A DNA stretch of 64,000 nt from Candidatus Fraserbacteria bacterium (GCA_947085185.1 CAMTVK010000006.1:52721-116720), one strand, 5' to 3'. Counted from the first letter of the stretch, positions 48,557 through 59,207 are shown. Program-made: numbers and translations. Notes: generated by a model from the letters alone, not told the origin.

Positions 48557-49600
48557 GTGACTATGATGGCTATACAAACACAGACAAAGACAGAGACGCT
48601 CGTGCGTGTAGAGCGCTTGCGCAAGTTGTATCCCGTCACAGCGGGGGTTTTCGCCCGTGCACGCAGCTTCATCCATGCCGTTGATGACGTGAGCTTTGAG
48701 ATCAACCATGGGGAGATCTTTGGACTGATCGGCGAATCTGGCTGCGGCAAGACTACCACAGGGAAGCTGCTCGTCCGGCTCATTGACCCAACGTCGGGAC
48801 ACATCTATCTGCGCGTCGCCCAAGACCCCTCCACGGACTCCCAAGGGGAGCAGTTCGTAGACATCGCCACGCTTGAAGGACGGACGCTCAAGGCGTTTCG
48901 CCGCAACGCCCAGATGATCTTCCAAGACCCCTATGAATCGCTCAACCCGCGCATGACGATCTTTGACATCGTCTCCGAACCCTTGGGGATTCACGGGATC
49001 GGCACCGTCTATGAGCGCGAGGAGCGCGTCGCAGAGTTATTGAGCTTAGTAGGGCTGACGCCCCCGGAGAGCTTTCTCTTCCGCTATCCACATGAGCTCT
49101 CGGGAGGCCAGCGCCAACGGGTCGCTATCGCCCGCGCCATGATCTTAAATCCCAGCTTCATCGTGGCTGACGAGCCCACATCTATGCTCGACGTCTCCAT
49201 CCGCACCGGCGTCATGAACTTAATGCTCGATTTGCGCGAGGAATTTGGGATCAGCTATCTCTATATCACCCACGACTTGGCCGTCGCTCGATATATGTGC
49301 GATCGCATTGCCGTGATGTATCTGGGCAAGATCGTCGAGCTTGGCCACACAGAAGAAGTCATACAAAACCCACTCCATCCCTACACCCGCGCATTGATCT
49401 CGGCTGTGCCCATCCCAGACCCAACTGTAGAGCGCCAGCCCATCGAGATCAAAGGCGGGGTGAGCAAGCCCATTGACCCCGCGCCGCGATGTCGCTTCTA
49501 CGAGCGCTGCCCCATCGCTACTGACCGCTGCGCCCGCGAGGACCATCCCCCGCTCGAAGACAAGGGCAACGGGCATCTTGTCGCTTGCTATGAGATCTGA
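48557..49600 (+). CDS. Peptide ABC ATPase (OppF)
   Basis: [32 protein letters not shown]-terminal Cys cluster. Confidence 0.93.
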   Translation: MTMMAIQTQTKTETLVRVERLRKLYPVTAGVFARARSFIHAVDDVSFEINHGEIFGLIGESGCGKTTTGKLLVRLIDPTSGHIYLRVAQDPSTDSQGEQFVDIATLEGRTLKAFRRNAQMIFQDPYESLNPRMTIFDIVSEPLGIHGIGTVYEREERVAELLSLVGLTPPESFLFRYPHELSGGQRQRVAIARAMILNPSFIVADEPTSMLDVSIRTGVMNLMLDLREEFGISYLYITHDLAVARYMCDRIAVMYLGKIVELGHTEEVIQNPLHPYTRALISAVPIPDPTVERQPIEIKGGVSKPIDPAPRCRFYERCPIATDRCAREDHPPLEDKGNGHLVACYEI

Positions 49601-50120
49601 AACAAGATCATGGCGCCAGATCGCCGGCATTGGCCTGCTCGCGGCGATCTTCGTTCTGTCATTAGTTCTCCTCTTCTTAACAGAAAGAAGCTACGGAGCG
49701 TTTCGCGATACCCTGAAAAACATCCAGTTTGAGATACGTCTCACGTCGTGGGAAGAGGCTGCCCCCCAGCAAGCTCGCCTGAGGTGGCAGGCCACGGTGA
49801 CGATACCGGACCTCAAAGTGCCGGTGCAGCTGGAGCTCTTAGATTGGCACCTGCGCAGCACAGATAGAAGCGTCCATCTGGGATTTTATACCACGGGCGA
49901 AGTGCAGATCGCCCTGACAAGGACGACGTCCATCCCCCTCGAAGCTCTTCTTGAGGGACCGAACTTTGAAAAGCTCCAGCGCCTGCGGGCAGAATCCCAA
50001 ACATTGCTCTTTGACGGCATGGCTCGCGTGATGTTCCGACTGCCCCAAGGAGAGGTGCGCAAGAAGATCCCGGCCACAAGCACCTTCACGCTCCCCACTG
50101 AGGAGGACGATGGCCTGTGA
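49590..50120 (+). CDS. Hypothetical membrane-anchored protein (possibly LEA_2-like)
   Basis: Overlaps the oppF stop; one TM then beta-rich sequence. Confidence 0.6.
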   Translation: MRSETRSWRQIAGIGLLAAIFVLSLVLLFLTERSYGAFRDTLKNIQFEIRLTSWEEAAPQQARLRWQATVTIPDLKVPVQLELLDWHLRSTDRSVHLGFYTTGEVQIALTRTTSIPLEALLEGPNFEKLQRLRAESQTLLFDGMARVMFRLPQGEVRKKIPATSTFTLPTEEDDGL

Positions 50121-50497
50121 AGAACGGCCAGAAACTCGTGCGCTTGCTCCTCCTTGCCCCTATAGCAGGGATCGCGGCGGGAGCGAGCGCAGCCCTCCAA
50201 GCAGGAGAGTTCCTCAAATTCTCCCCTGTGCCCAGCAACGTTGCGTACGCGCTGGTGCTGCTTGTGGGGCTGAGCGTGGGATTGCTCGTGAGGGGCGTGC
50301 AAGAAGGGCTCTTGACAAGCGTTCTTATCACGATCATCGGCACGATCACGCTCTTTCTAGCGATTTATCTCCCCAACGTCGAGATCGTCGCGACGGCCCC
50401 AGAGCTGATCTTGCGTTCAGTCTGGTGGGGAGCTCTTTCTATATTCTTTCTGACGATCATCGGCATCGTTGTGGGCCGGATCCTCTCCGGAGAATAG
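50117..50497 (+). CDS. Hypothetical 4-TM membrane protein
   Basis: Hydrophobic throughout; GTGA overlap; SD AGGAGG. Confidence 0.65.
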   Translation: MKNGQKLVRLLLLAPIAGIAAGASAALQAGEFLKFSPVPSNVAYALVLLVGLSVGLLVRGVQEGLLTSVLITIIGTITLFLAIYLPNVEIVATAPELILRSVWWGALSIFFLTIIGIVVGRILSGE

Positions 50498-50989
50498 TCT
50501 AAGAAAGAGACGCTCTAGGGGGCGTCTCAGCTTGGCCCAGCACGAGTCCGACGATAGCTTGACTGGAGCTACTAAGATCGCATAGAGTCCGGCGCGCTTC
50601 GCCCCCAAGATATCTGTAAAGAGCTGATCCCCGATCATGGCAGCGTGCTCCCTTGGACTTTGCAAAAGCTCTAGCATGGTCTTGTAACTGCCAGTGCACG
50701 GCTTGCGAGCGCGCCACACTATCGGCCAAGAGCGCAGCTGGGTCTTCAAGAGATGGCGATCCTCCCCACCGTCGTTGCTGAGAAATCCCAAGGCGAAGCC
50801 GCGCATCTCAAGCCGATGCAACAGCTCAGAAGTCTCTTGGGGGAGCGCGCGGCACCCCCACTCCCCAAGGGTGTTATCTATATCGAAGACAAGCGCTCGA
50901 TACCCCGCACGCCTCAGACGCTCATAGTCAATCTCGTGCACCGAAGAATAGATCTCGTCAGGGCGAAGGGAGCTAAGCAGACGCTTCAC
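50417..50989 (-). CDS. yqeG: YqeG-family HAD IIIA phosphatase
   Basis: FDIDNTL, LSN, ARKP, IGDQLFTDILGAKRAG. Confidence 0.88.
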   Translation of the reverse strand: MKRLLSSLRPDEIYSSVHEIDYERLRRAGYRALVFDIDNTLGEWGCRALPQETSELLHRLEMRGFALGFLSNDGGEDRHLLKTQLRSWPIVWRARKPCTGSYKTMLELLQSPREHAAMIGDQLFTDILGAKRAGLYAILVAPVKLSSDSCWAKLRRPLERLFLRLFSGEDPAHNDADDRQKEYRKSSPPD

Positions 50990-51249
50990 GGCTCAACCAC
51001 GATATCTCCGATCGTTACGTACTGGCGCAACGTTTCCAAAAGACTCTGAATCTCTGGCCAAAAATCCGGGGCGACATAGTTCTTATAATAGATCTTGCCG
51101 TTGATGAGCTTCACGTCGCGTCGGGGATTGACTTTGTGATCAAAAGCTTTCAGGGCGCTATCGAAGAAGTGCACGTCTTTCTCAGATAATTCTACATAGA
51201 CCGTCAACGCTTCCTGAGGCGGTGGGGGCAGGTCACTCAGATCGAACAT
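50986..51249 (-). CDS. Small hypothetical protein (DUF4911-like)
   Basis: MFDLSDL.. start; fills the operon gap. Confidence 0.5.
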   Translation of the reverse strand: MFDLSDLPPPPQEALTVYVELSEKDVHFFDSALKAFDHKVNPRRDVKLINGKIYYKNYVAPDFWPEIQSLLETLRQYVTIGDIVVEP

Positions 51250-51877
51250 GGCTGTTGAGCTTGCTTTCGACCTCATGGGCAAACCGAGCGTTGGCTCGCT
51301 TGAGCGCCAGCTCCGGGTCAAGCTGCAGCTCTCGGGCTGCAGCGACGATCTCAAAGAGGAGCTCTCCCAAGCGCTCCTGACTAGGCTCGTTGAGCAACGC
51401 TGCCACCGACGGGGAAGGACGCGTAAGCAGCGTTTTGTCTGTTTGAGCAGCGCGCTCTTGCAGTTTGCGCGCCTCGATCAGCGCGGGGAGAGCCGTCGTG
51501 ACCGACAGGCGCTTCCCTTCGCGACGCTTGATCTCTTCCCAACGCCCCTTGATCTTCTCAATGTCTTGAGTGGACTCCGAGCTAAAGACATGCGGATGTC
51601 GCCGCACAACTTTCTCATAGATCCCTTCAAGCACATCTTGCAGTGTGAATGCTCTCTGCTCTTGGGCGATCTGCACATGGAACGCTACGTGCAATAACAG
51701 ATCGCCCAGCTCGTCTTGGAGCGCGCGGCTGTCCCCAGCTTCGATGGCCGCTACGGCCTCGTACGCTTCTTCTATCAATAAATTTTTGAGCGAGTCATGA
51801 GTCTGAGCACGATCCCAAGGGCAGCCACGCTCGGAGCGCAGATGCGCAACCAGCTCGACCAACGAACGCAGCTCCAT
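51233..51877 (-). CDS. mazG: MazG nucleoside triphosphate pyrophosphohydrolase
   Basis: LR...GCPWDRAQTH, EEAYE, ELGDLL, RRHPHVF. Confidence 0.92.
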   Translation of the reverse strand: MELRSLVELVAHLRSERGCPWDRAQTHDSLKNLLIEEAYEAVAAIEAGDSRALQDELGDLLLHVAFHVQIAQEQRAFTLQDVLEGIYEKVVRRHPHVFSSESTQDIEKIKGRWEEIKRREGKRLSVTTALPALIEARKLQERAAQTDKTLLTRPSPSVAALLNEPSQERLGELLFEIVAAARELQLDPELALKRANARFAHEVESKLNSHVRSE

Positions 51878-51881
51878 ACCC

Positions 51882-54800
51882 TTACTGTTGAGCACAGGGG
51901 ATCTGCTCCGGCCCCTTGTTGATCCACTCGTCAATGAAGCCCTCTATACGGTTCTCGTCATACGACGAGAGCTTATCTATCCGTCCCCATGCGGTGAGCG
52001 CTATCTGTTTCGGCTCAAGCTTGTCGTACGGAGCGATCAGTAAGCGACAGTATTTCTCGGCGTGCTCGTTCTGCAAGCGCTTGAGAAGATTTTCAAGCTG
52101 AGTGAGGATTGCCGGCTCGGTTCCCCGCCCATATTGGATGAGCACGGCACCGCCGCGCAGCGCTCGCACCTGGAGCTCTTCAGCGATGGGCTCTTTGTGC
52201 ACGCCAAACGTGATCTCTCCGTCTATATACGCTCCCGATGTGGGCGGCGTCGAGTTATATGGCTCATGCTCTTGCCCAGCAGAGATCGCTTGAGATTCTT
52301 GGAGGGCCACGGGCATCCCGGGCTTGTCGTCGGTCCATTTACCCGTGACTTCGTAGAGCATCTGGGCGACTTCAGTCGCTTTATAGCTAGGGTCTTCTTG
52401 CTTGAGCTTCTCGAGCTGTTCCCTCATATCGGCCATCTTCTGCTGAGAGCGAGCGATGAGCGCGAGCTGATAGAGCGCCTCGAGCCCGTCTTCGCCAAGC
52501 TTCCCTGACGCGCCCACAAGGGAGCGCTCCGCCTCCAAAATCTTTTCATAGAGACTCTTCTTCTGGCCGTCGGTCGTCGCCACAGCCAACCCGGACTTAT
52601 AGTGTTGCTTGGCTTGTTCGTATTCGGTTCGGCCTACGGCGACATCCCCAAGCCCAATATACGCATTGAGGGCTTGCTCAGGGGTCGGCCCTTGCTCCAA
52701 GATCGCCGTGTAATGGCGCACGGCGGACTCAAAGATGTGCTGCTTCTGATAGTGCTTGGCTAACTGAAAGCGCGTCTCGATGTCTTTGGGATCAAGCTCG
52801 ACGATGCGCTCGCCCAATTGCTCGCGCAGCTCCGCTGCCGCAGTGCGCTTGAAGCCCTCTCGATAGTTCTTCAAAGCTTCTTCGTTCTGACCTAACTTGC
52901 GTTGTACGTCCCCCACAGCAAGATACGCTTCAGCTAAGTACGGCGACTCTTTGATCACTTGAGCATATTGTTTGAGCGCCTCATCGAGATTATTCAGCCC
53001 CTCATAGGCGCGCCCAAGCTTCAACCGCACATTGGGGTTATTTTGCAGCTTGAGCGACTCTAAGTAGAGCGTGATGGCGCGTTCGTAGTCGTTCTTCTTC
53101 ACAGCAATATCAGCAAGAGCCGTGACTAACCGGGGGTCGTCGTAGCCGCGCTCAGTACGTTCTTGCTCGCGCAGTTCAGTGTAGAGCGCTTCGGCTTTGT
53201 CCCACTCTTCAAGCCCAAAATACGCCTCGGCCATCTTCTGTTTGACCGTCCGGATGGCATATTTGTCTTTGGCCGGGTCGAGATTTTCCAGGGCTTTCTG
53301 ATAGTACTCGAGGGCCAGCGTGTAATTCTTGATGGACATCATCAAGTGCCCGTAGAGCCGTAATGGGCCGGGGTCAGTCGGAGCCAGCTCCGTGGCGCGC
53401 TTGGTCACTTTGATGGAGTCCTGCACGCTCTGCTGATCGCCCTCGGTGAAGAGAAAGAGCCCATACTGATAGTACGCTTGGGGATTATCGGGATCGAGCG
53501 CGATCAATTGGTCATAGAAGCTGCGATCCCCACCGGCAGACTTCGCTACCTCCAGAAGATGCTGCACGGCCTTCTGACGATACTCTTTGATCTTCTGCTC
53601 GAGTTCTTGGAGCTTCGCCTCTTTATTTTCGACGTTCTCTTGTCTCTCCAGATCGGCTTTCTCCTGTTCGGCCTGGCGCAGCTTCACTTGATAGAGTCGG
53701 GCAATATAGTAATCTAAATATTTGCCCAGCTCATCATCTGCTGACAGCGTCCCCCCTTGGAGCAGTCGTTCATACGCAGCAATGGCTTCATCAATCTTCT
53801 CTTGTTGCTCGAGCTGATACGCTGCGATTAACGGCAGGCGCAGCTCGATCTGTGCCGACGCTCTGGCTTGCTTGAGCCATTGGTCGAATCGCTCAACACG
53901 CTGACGCGTCCGATAGTCACTGGCGATAGATTCCCGAACGGACTCAAAGCTTTTGCGGTCTTCCAGACGTACAAGCCACAGCCCTTCAGCTGTCTGAACC
54001 AGATCGCTCACTTGACCGACTTGAAGCTGAGCCAGAGCGTCCTGAAGCTCCTTGGGCAAGTCCGTCAGAGTGAGATAGCCCATATCGCCGTTGCGATCTT
54101 TGAAGTCTGGGTCCTGGGAATATTCTCTTACGACATCTGAGAAGCTAGCGCCTTCGACTTTCAGTTTATCTTTGGCTTCTTGGAGGCGCTTGCGAGCTGC
54201 GATCAGCGCGTCTTCGGGGGCGTCAGGCGCGATTGGGATAAATATTCTGCTTAGGCGAACGCGCTCCAAGAAATTTCCCTGCTTGGCCGCTTCGAGCCAT
54301 TGGGCCATCAGTGCGTCTTCGCGTTCGCGTAGCCAATCGCGACGCACGTCCGATTGCGCCTGCTCGAACGTGCGCACCCGCTTATCTTCAACTTTGATGA
54401 GATGGAACCCAAAGCGCGTGCGCACCGGCGCGCTGACCTTCCCGATATCGAGCGAGAACGCCACGTCTTCGAACTCTTTCACCATGACGCGCTTGCCAAA
54501 CCAGCCCAAATCCCCGCCGTTTTGAGCGTTGCCCTTGTCGTCAGAATACTTTTTCGCAAGCTCCGCGAAGTCCGCTCCTGCGTCTATTTGCTTTTTGATC
54601 TCTTCGATCTTCTTCTTGGCCTCGGCGACTTGCTCTTCAGAAGCGTTTTGATCAACACTGACTAAGATATGGCGTGCCTTGACTTCGGGAGTAGCATACT
54701 TCTCTCGGTTGGCTTCGAAGTATGCCTGCAGCTCGGCTGTAGACGGCTGGAGATACCCCAAGATATCACTGACATAGCGTGTCTTGTTTTGCTCAATAAA

Positions 54801-55403
54801 TGCTATGAGCTGAGCGTCTGTAACGTCGATCTGGCCGACCACGACCTCTTCGAGGGCCTCTTCTTTGAGCTGTGCCGCGACTTGGTCGCGGATCTGCCGT
54901 TGATAAGCAGGCAGAGAACTCCCGCGCTCCTTGAGCAACCGCGCCAATTCTTTCTCATCAATGCCATAGTTCTGGCGCAGCGTTATCAGCAGATTCTCGT
55001 ATTCTTTCTTGTAGCGCTCGTCAACTTTTTTTGCCGGGACGCTGATGCCACGCCTTCGACTCTCTTGATCTTTGAGAGCCTTCTCGATAAGACGCTCAAT
55101 GGCTTGAGCACGCCATTGGAGCTGCCGATACGCCCCATCAGGCCCTTGCAGAATCTTTTCAAGATCTTGAGTGAACCGACGTTGCTCGTTCACAATCTCC
55201 AGATACGCCTGGTCGTATTTGGCCTTGTCAATCTTCTCCCCGTTGACGACGAGGACGACGTCTTCTTCTTTGGGAGCATTGCGTGCGCCAGGATTGAGCG
55301 CGACCGGAGAAAAGATCACCAATGCCCCAGCAACGAAGCTGATGACCACAGCCCAGATCACGTACTTGCCATATCTCTCCACAAACCTACGAATAGTATG
55401 CAT
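51882..55403 (-). CDS. Large SurA/PrsA-like foldase: TM, SurA-N, two parvulin domains, TPR array, DUF3105-like C-terminus
   Basis: ARHIL, FAELAKKYSDD..GGDLGWF, FGFHLIKV; second YSQD..NGDMGY; TPR repeats; YNSTPPTSG..IALTAWG. Confidence 0.85.
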   Translation of the reverse strand: MHTIRRFVERYGKYVIWAVVISFVAGALVIFSPVALNPGARNAPKEEDVVLVVNGEKIDKAKYDQAYLEIVNEQRRFTQDLEKILQGPDGAYRQLQWRAQAIERLIEKALKDQESRRRGISVPAKKVDERYKKEYENLLITLRQNYGIDEKELARLLKERGSSLPAYQRQIRDQVAAQLKEEALEEVVVGQIDVTDAQLIAFIEQNKTRYVSDILGYLQPSTAELQAYFEANREKYATPEVKARHILVSVDQNASEEQVAEAKKKIEEIKKQIDAGADFAELAKKYSDDKGNAQNGGDLGWFGKRVMVKEFEDVAFSLDIGKVSAPVRTRFGFHLIKVEDKRVRTFEQAQSDVRRDWLREREDALMAQWLEAAKQGNFLERVRLSRIFIPIAPDAPEDALIAARKRLQEAKDKLKVEGASFSDVVREYSQDPDFKDRNGDMGYLTLTDLPKELQDALAQLQVGQVSDLVQTAEGLWLVRLEDRKSFESVRESIASDYRTRQRVERFDQWLKQARASAQIELRLPLIAAYQLEQQEKIDEAIAAYERLLQGGTLSADDELGKYLDYYIARLYQVKLRQAEQEKADLERQENVENKEAKLQELEQKIKEYRQKAVQHLLEVAKSAGGDRSFYDQLIALDPDNPQAYYQYGLFLFTEGDQQSVQDSIKVTKRATELAPTDPGPLRLYGHLMMSIKNYTLALEYYQKALENLDPAKDKYAIRTVKQKMAEAYFGLEEWDKAEALYTELREQERTERGYDDPRLVTALADIAVKKNDYERAITLYLESLKLQNNPNVRLKLGRAYEGLNNLDEALKQYAQVIKESPYLAEAYLAVGDVQRKLGQNEEALKNYREGFKRTAAAELREQLGERIVELDPKDIETRFQLAKHYQKQHIFESAVRHYTAILEQGPTPEQALNAYIGLGDVAVGRTEYEQAKQHYKSGLAVATTDGQKKSLYEKILEAERSLVGASGKLGEDGLEALYQLALIARSQQKMADMREQLEKLKQEDPSYKATEVAQMLYEVTGKWTDDKPGMPVALQESQAISAGQEHEPYNSTPPTSGAYIDGEITFGVHKEPIAEELQVRALRGGAVLIQYGRGTEPAILTQLENLLKRLQNEHAEKYCRLLIAPYDKLEPKQIALTAWGRIDKLSSYDENRIEGFIDEWINKGPEQIPCAQQ

Positions 55404-55509
55404 GCTCTCCTCACCTCAAGATAAAGACAGTGAACAGTTACGTTAGAAGTTACAAGATTCAGTCACCTGCACCTGTTATAATAAACAGTGGGGGGTGATC
55501 TGTCAAGCG

Positions 55510-56103
55510 ATGCGCGGGTATAGTCTGGGGCTTCTCGTAATCAGTTTGTTGAGCCTCTGGGGTGTGGGTCAGCCCGCGCTCACCGTCGTCATAGACGCTG
55601 GACACGGCGGAGATGACACCGGTGGGATCGGCGTTGGCAACGTGGTTGAGAAAGATATCGTCCTCCAAATCGCCCATCTGATAGCCATCGAAGCCGTGCG
55701 CTTCCCCCATATAAAAATTCTCTTGACGCGTCGCGATGATCGTTATCTATCGCCCGCAGAACGCATCGCTGCCGCTCACGGTGCGCATATATTTATCAGT
55801 CTTCACTTAGACTTCTCGTATGATCCGCGCGTGCGGGGCATCACGGCGCTGGTGCCAACCAACGCTGGAGTCCTAACACACACCTTGGCCGACGCGCTCC
55901 GCGCTCGCTTGATCTCCGCCACCAAGACGCCCGATCGAGGGACGAAGACCGCACCCCTGTGGCTGCGACGGCTCCCTATGCCCGCGGTGCAGCTCTCTCT
56001 TGGCTTTGTGACCAACCCCGACGAAGCACGCAACCTCAGCGAGCTTGCGTATCAGAAGAGATTGGCTCAAGCGATCTTAGACGCACTCAAAGAGTCTTTC
56101 TAA
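55510..56103 (+). CDS. N-acetylmuramoyl-L-alanine amidase (Amidase_3) homologue, degenerate
   Basis: IDAGHGG, EKD, LTR.DD, FISLH, PAVQLSLGF.TN. Confidence 0.8.
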   Translation: MRGYSLGLLVISLLSLWGVGQPALTVVIDAGHGGDDTGGIGVGNVVEKDIVLQIAHLIAIEAVRFPHIKILLTRRDDRYLSPAERIAAAHGAHIFISLHLDFSYDPRVRGITALVPTNAGVLTHTLADALRARLISATKTPDRGTKTAPLWLRRLPMPAVQLSLGFVTNPDEARNLSELAYQKRLAQAILDALKESF

Positions 56104-56603
56104 AGCTGCTGCACCGCGTGGGCGATCACAGGGAGTATGAGTCTCTCCAAGGCGAGCCGCACAGCGTGCTCTGCCCCCGGCAGCGAGAAGACAAGCTTTT
56201 TGTTGATCACTCCCGCGCAGGCGCGGCTTAAGAGCGCATACGGCCCAATCTCGTGATAGCTGAGCATCCGGAAGAGCTCACCAAACCCCTCGAGCTCCTC
56301 GTCGAAGAGCTTTTTGAGTGTGCGCGCTGTCTGGTCTTTGGGCGAAAGCCCTGTGCCGCCGTGAAAGATCGCCACGTGCACCTCTGTATTCTTCTTCAGT
56401 TGCGTGACGATCTCCGTGATCTGCGCTGGGTCGTTCTTAATAATTCGAGAGAGCGCAACGCGGTGGCCACGAGCTTGGAGCTGCTCTCGAATGAACTTCC
56501 CTGAAGTATCCGTGGTCTCGTCGCGGCTATCGCTGACGGTGATAACCCAACACACGACGCGTGCAGCCGCGTGCTCTGTTTGGTGTTTGATGTGGTCGGT
56601 CAT
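56100..56603 (-). CDS. moaB: Molybdenum cofactor biosynthesis protein B (MoaB/MogA)
   Basis: ITVSDSR..DTSG, GGTG, GFGELFR, SRA, LPG. Confidence 0.9.
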   Translation of the reverse strand: MTDHIKHQTEHAAARVVCWVITVSDSRDETTDTSGKFIREQLQARGHRVALSRIIKNDPAQITEIVTQLKKNTEVHVAIFHGGTGLSPKDQTARTLKKLFDEELEGFGELFRMLSYHEIGPYALLSRACAGVINKKLVFSLPGAEHAVRLALERLILPVIAHAVQQL

Positions 56604-56660
56604 GTGAAAAACCGCAAAAGATCACTCTGCCAAAGTCGGAGCTCTCACCGCATGCACCCA

Positions 56661-59207
56661 TTAAAACCGCGGCCCTAAGACCGAGAGCACAGAGTATTGC
56701 AGATATCTTTGGGCAACACGCTTGATCTCGTCCGAGGTCACAGCCTGGATGAGCTCCGGGTACTTTGCGTCCATCTGATAGCCCACGCCGAGGGTCTCGT
56801 ACCAGCCCAAGTACCAGGCGCGGCGTTCTGCTGTCTCGTGCTCGATCCTGTAGTTGCCGATGACGTAGCTTTTGGCGCGCTCGAGCTCTTCTTGGGGAAT
56901 CCCGCTCTCTTGAATCTCTCTGATGATATCGAGAATCCCCTGACGCGCCGTCTCAGCGTTCTGGGGAAGCGCAATGATATACGTGACGAGATGGCTCTCC
57001 TCGGCTCGTGACGGATAGAACGCCCCCGTAGAGTACGCCAGTCCACGCTTGTCACGCAGCTCACTGAAGAGTCGCGAGCTCATGCCGCCGCCCAAGATCG
57101 CGTTCAGTAATTTCATGGCGGGGTAGTCAGGGCTGGCAACAGACGGAGCCGGATAGCCTACAATAAGCCAAGTTAAGGTGGAGCGCTTGGTCGCTGTGAC
57201 GGTCTTGTTCTCCGAGAGTTTGAGCGAGATTGGCTGTGGTGTGAGGGGCAGCTCTGCCGTGCCCTTAGGCAGCTCTTGGAGCTTGGCCCGCAGCAGCGCT
57301 TCTACGAGAGCGCGATCGAATGCCCCCACGGCAACGATGGTCATATTGTTGGGCACATAGTATTTTTTGTAGAACTGCACGATGTCTTCTTGAGTGATGC
57401 GCGCGACGCTCTCTGGGGTGGGGAAGCGCCCGTAGGGGTGATCCCCATAGAGAGCTTTTTGGAAGTTCTCGTAGATGACGGAGAAGTTCTGATCGGCCTG
57501 AGCTCGGATCTCTCGGATGAATTCGGTCTTAGTGCGCTCGACTTCATTGGGGGCGAACGCCGGATTGAGCAGCACATCGAGATAGATGGGCAAGGCGCGC
57601 TCCACTGTCTCTTTGGGAGCGACGAGCGTCACGTAGGCCATGTCGGCTAAAGTGTCTTGGCTGAGCTGGGCTCCGAGGTCTTCGAGCTCTGTAAAGATCT
57701 CTTCTTCGGAGCGCGTGGTCGTGCCGCGCACTAATAATCTCGAGGTGAGCTCAGCGATCCCAGCTAAGTCCGAGGGCTCAGCGCGCGATCCTGTCCCAAC
57801 GAACGCTTGGAGTGCGACTGTCTCTGAAGTGTGATCTTCTCGAAAGATGAGCTTGAGCCCATTGGGCAGCGTGACGAGCTCGTCGGTTGTCGGCTCTGGT
57901 GCGCTTTCAGGGATGAGCACGAGCTCATAATACGCGTCGAGATTGATATATTTGCGCGCGACGCTCAGAATATCTGCGACCGTGACGGCACGGATCTTGT
58001 CGGGGTATGTGAGCGCAAACCGATAATCTCCGGCGACAACAGAATAGAATCCCAACGTCCCGGCGACCCCCGCCGCGGTCTCGGCTTGCAAGGCTTCGCG
58101 GGCTAAGAGCACTCTCTTGGCGCGCTCGACTTCGTCGGAGCTGAGCTTGCCATCAAGTATCTCTTTGAGCTCCGACAAGATCGCTTGCTCGACAGCAACA
58201 CGATTCTCATAGGGGAATTCAGCATAGATATTGAAAATCCCCGGCTCTTTCTGAGTGAAGTACCCCGCGTCTATCGCTGTGACCAAGCCCAGCTCTTTTC
58301 GGAGTTTCTTATAGAATCGAGAGCTGCGGCCTTCTGAGAGCAGCGTGATCAGGACGTCCATAGCGTAGACGTCTTGGGCGTCTTTCACTGACGGTCCAGG
58401 CCAAGCATAGATCAGATATCCTTGGGTGACGTCGCGTCGGATCTCCCTGACGGTCTTTTGGGTCCGTGTGGGCTCCTTGGGATAGACTTGCGCGGGGATC
58501 TCTTGGCGCTCCAGCGCGCCGAACTTTTCTGTGACGATCTGAAGCGTCTTGTCGATCTCGATATCTCCAGCGACCACGAGCGTCATATTATTGGGGACGT
58601 AATACGTCCTCATCCAATTGAGAAGGTCATCACGGGTCAGGTTTCCTAAGCTATCGGCAAACCCGATGATGGGCAGCTTATAGGGGTGCACCGTGTAAAA
58701 TTCTTGGCGCAGCGTGAAGAACGCAAATGAGCGGGGATCATCAGATCGTTGTTGCTGCTCGCGCAGGACGACCTCTTTCTCCCGAGCGATCTCTTCTTCT
58801 GGGAAGGTCGAGTTCTGAGTGATGTCGGCGATGATATCTAGAGCTAACTCGGTGTGCTCACTGGGCAGAATAATATAATAATGTGTGAAGTCATAGGACG
58901 TCGCGGCGTTCGTGCGGCCGCCGAGGGCTTCGATCTCACGGTCGATGCCGCCGGGACGTCTTTCGGTGCCCTTAAAGAGCATGTGCTCAAAGAAGTGCGA
59001 GATGCCCGAGATCTCCCTGGTCTCGTTGAGGCTGCCCACGTTGACCCAGATATCTACAGCCGTGATGCCGGTGCCAGGTCGGGGGACGAGCAAGACTTTT
59101 AAGCCGTTCTCCAGAGTAAATGCGTAAACCTCCGGCTGAGCAGAACTGAGCGACGGCCATAGGGCCAGCGAAGCGAGCAGGGCTATCAGCAGTGCAGAGC
59201 GTCTCAT
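56661..59207 (-). CDS. Secreted M16 zinc peptidase (two fused halves)
   Basis: Signal peptide; L.NGL; HFFEH (HXXEH); NAATSYD; inactive second half; SD GGAGG. Confidence 0.92.
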   Translation of the reverse strand: MRRSALLIALLASLALWPSLSSAQPEVYAFTLENGLKVLLVPRPGTGITAVDIWVNVGSLNETREISGISHFFEHMLFKGTERRPGGIDREIEALGGRTNAATSYDFTHYYIILPSEHTELALDIIADITQNSTFPEEEIAREKEVVLREQQQRSDDPRSFAFFTLRQEFYTVHPYKLPIIGFADSLGNLTRDDLLNWMRTYYVPNNMTLVVAGDIEIDKTLQIVTEKFGALERQEIPAQVYPKEPTRTQKTVREIRRDVTQGYLIYAWPGPSVKDAQDVYAMDVLITLLSEGRSSRFYKKLRKELGLVTAIDAGYFTQKEPGIFNIYAEFPYENRVAVEQAILSELKEILDGKLSSDEVERAKRVLLAREALQAETAAGVAGTLGFYSVVAGDYRFALTYPDKIRAVTVADILSVARKYINLDAYYELVLIPESAPEPTTDELVTLPNGLKLIFREDHTSETVALQAFVGTGSRAEPSDLAGIAELTSRLLVRGTTTRSEEEIFTELEDLGAQLSQDTLADMAYVTLVAPKETVERALPIYLDVLLNPAFAPNEVERTKTEFIREIRAQADQNFSVIYENFQKALYGDHPYGRFPTPESVARITQEDIVQFYKKYYVPNNMTIVAVGAFDRALVEALLRAKLQELPKGTAELPLTPQPISLKLSENKTVTATKRSTLTWLIVGYPAPSVASPDYPAMKLLNAILGGGMSSRLFSELRDKRGLAYSTGAFYPSRAEESHLVTYIIALPQNAETARQGILDIIREIQESGIPQEELERAKSYVIGNYRIEHETAERRAWYLGWYETLGVGYQMDAKYPELIQAVTSDEIKRVAQRYLQYSVLSVLGPRF

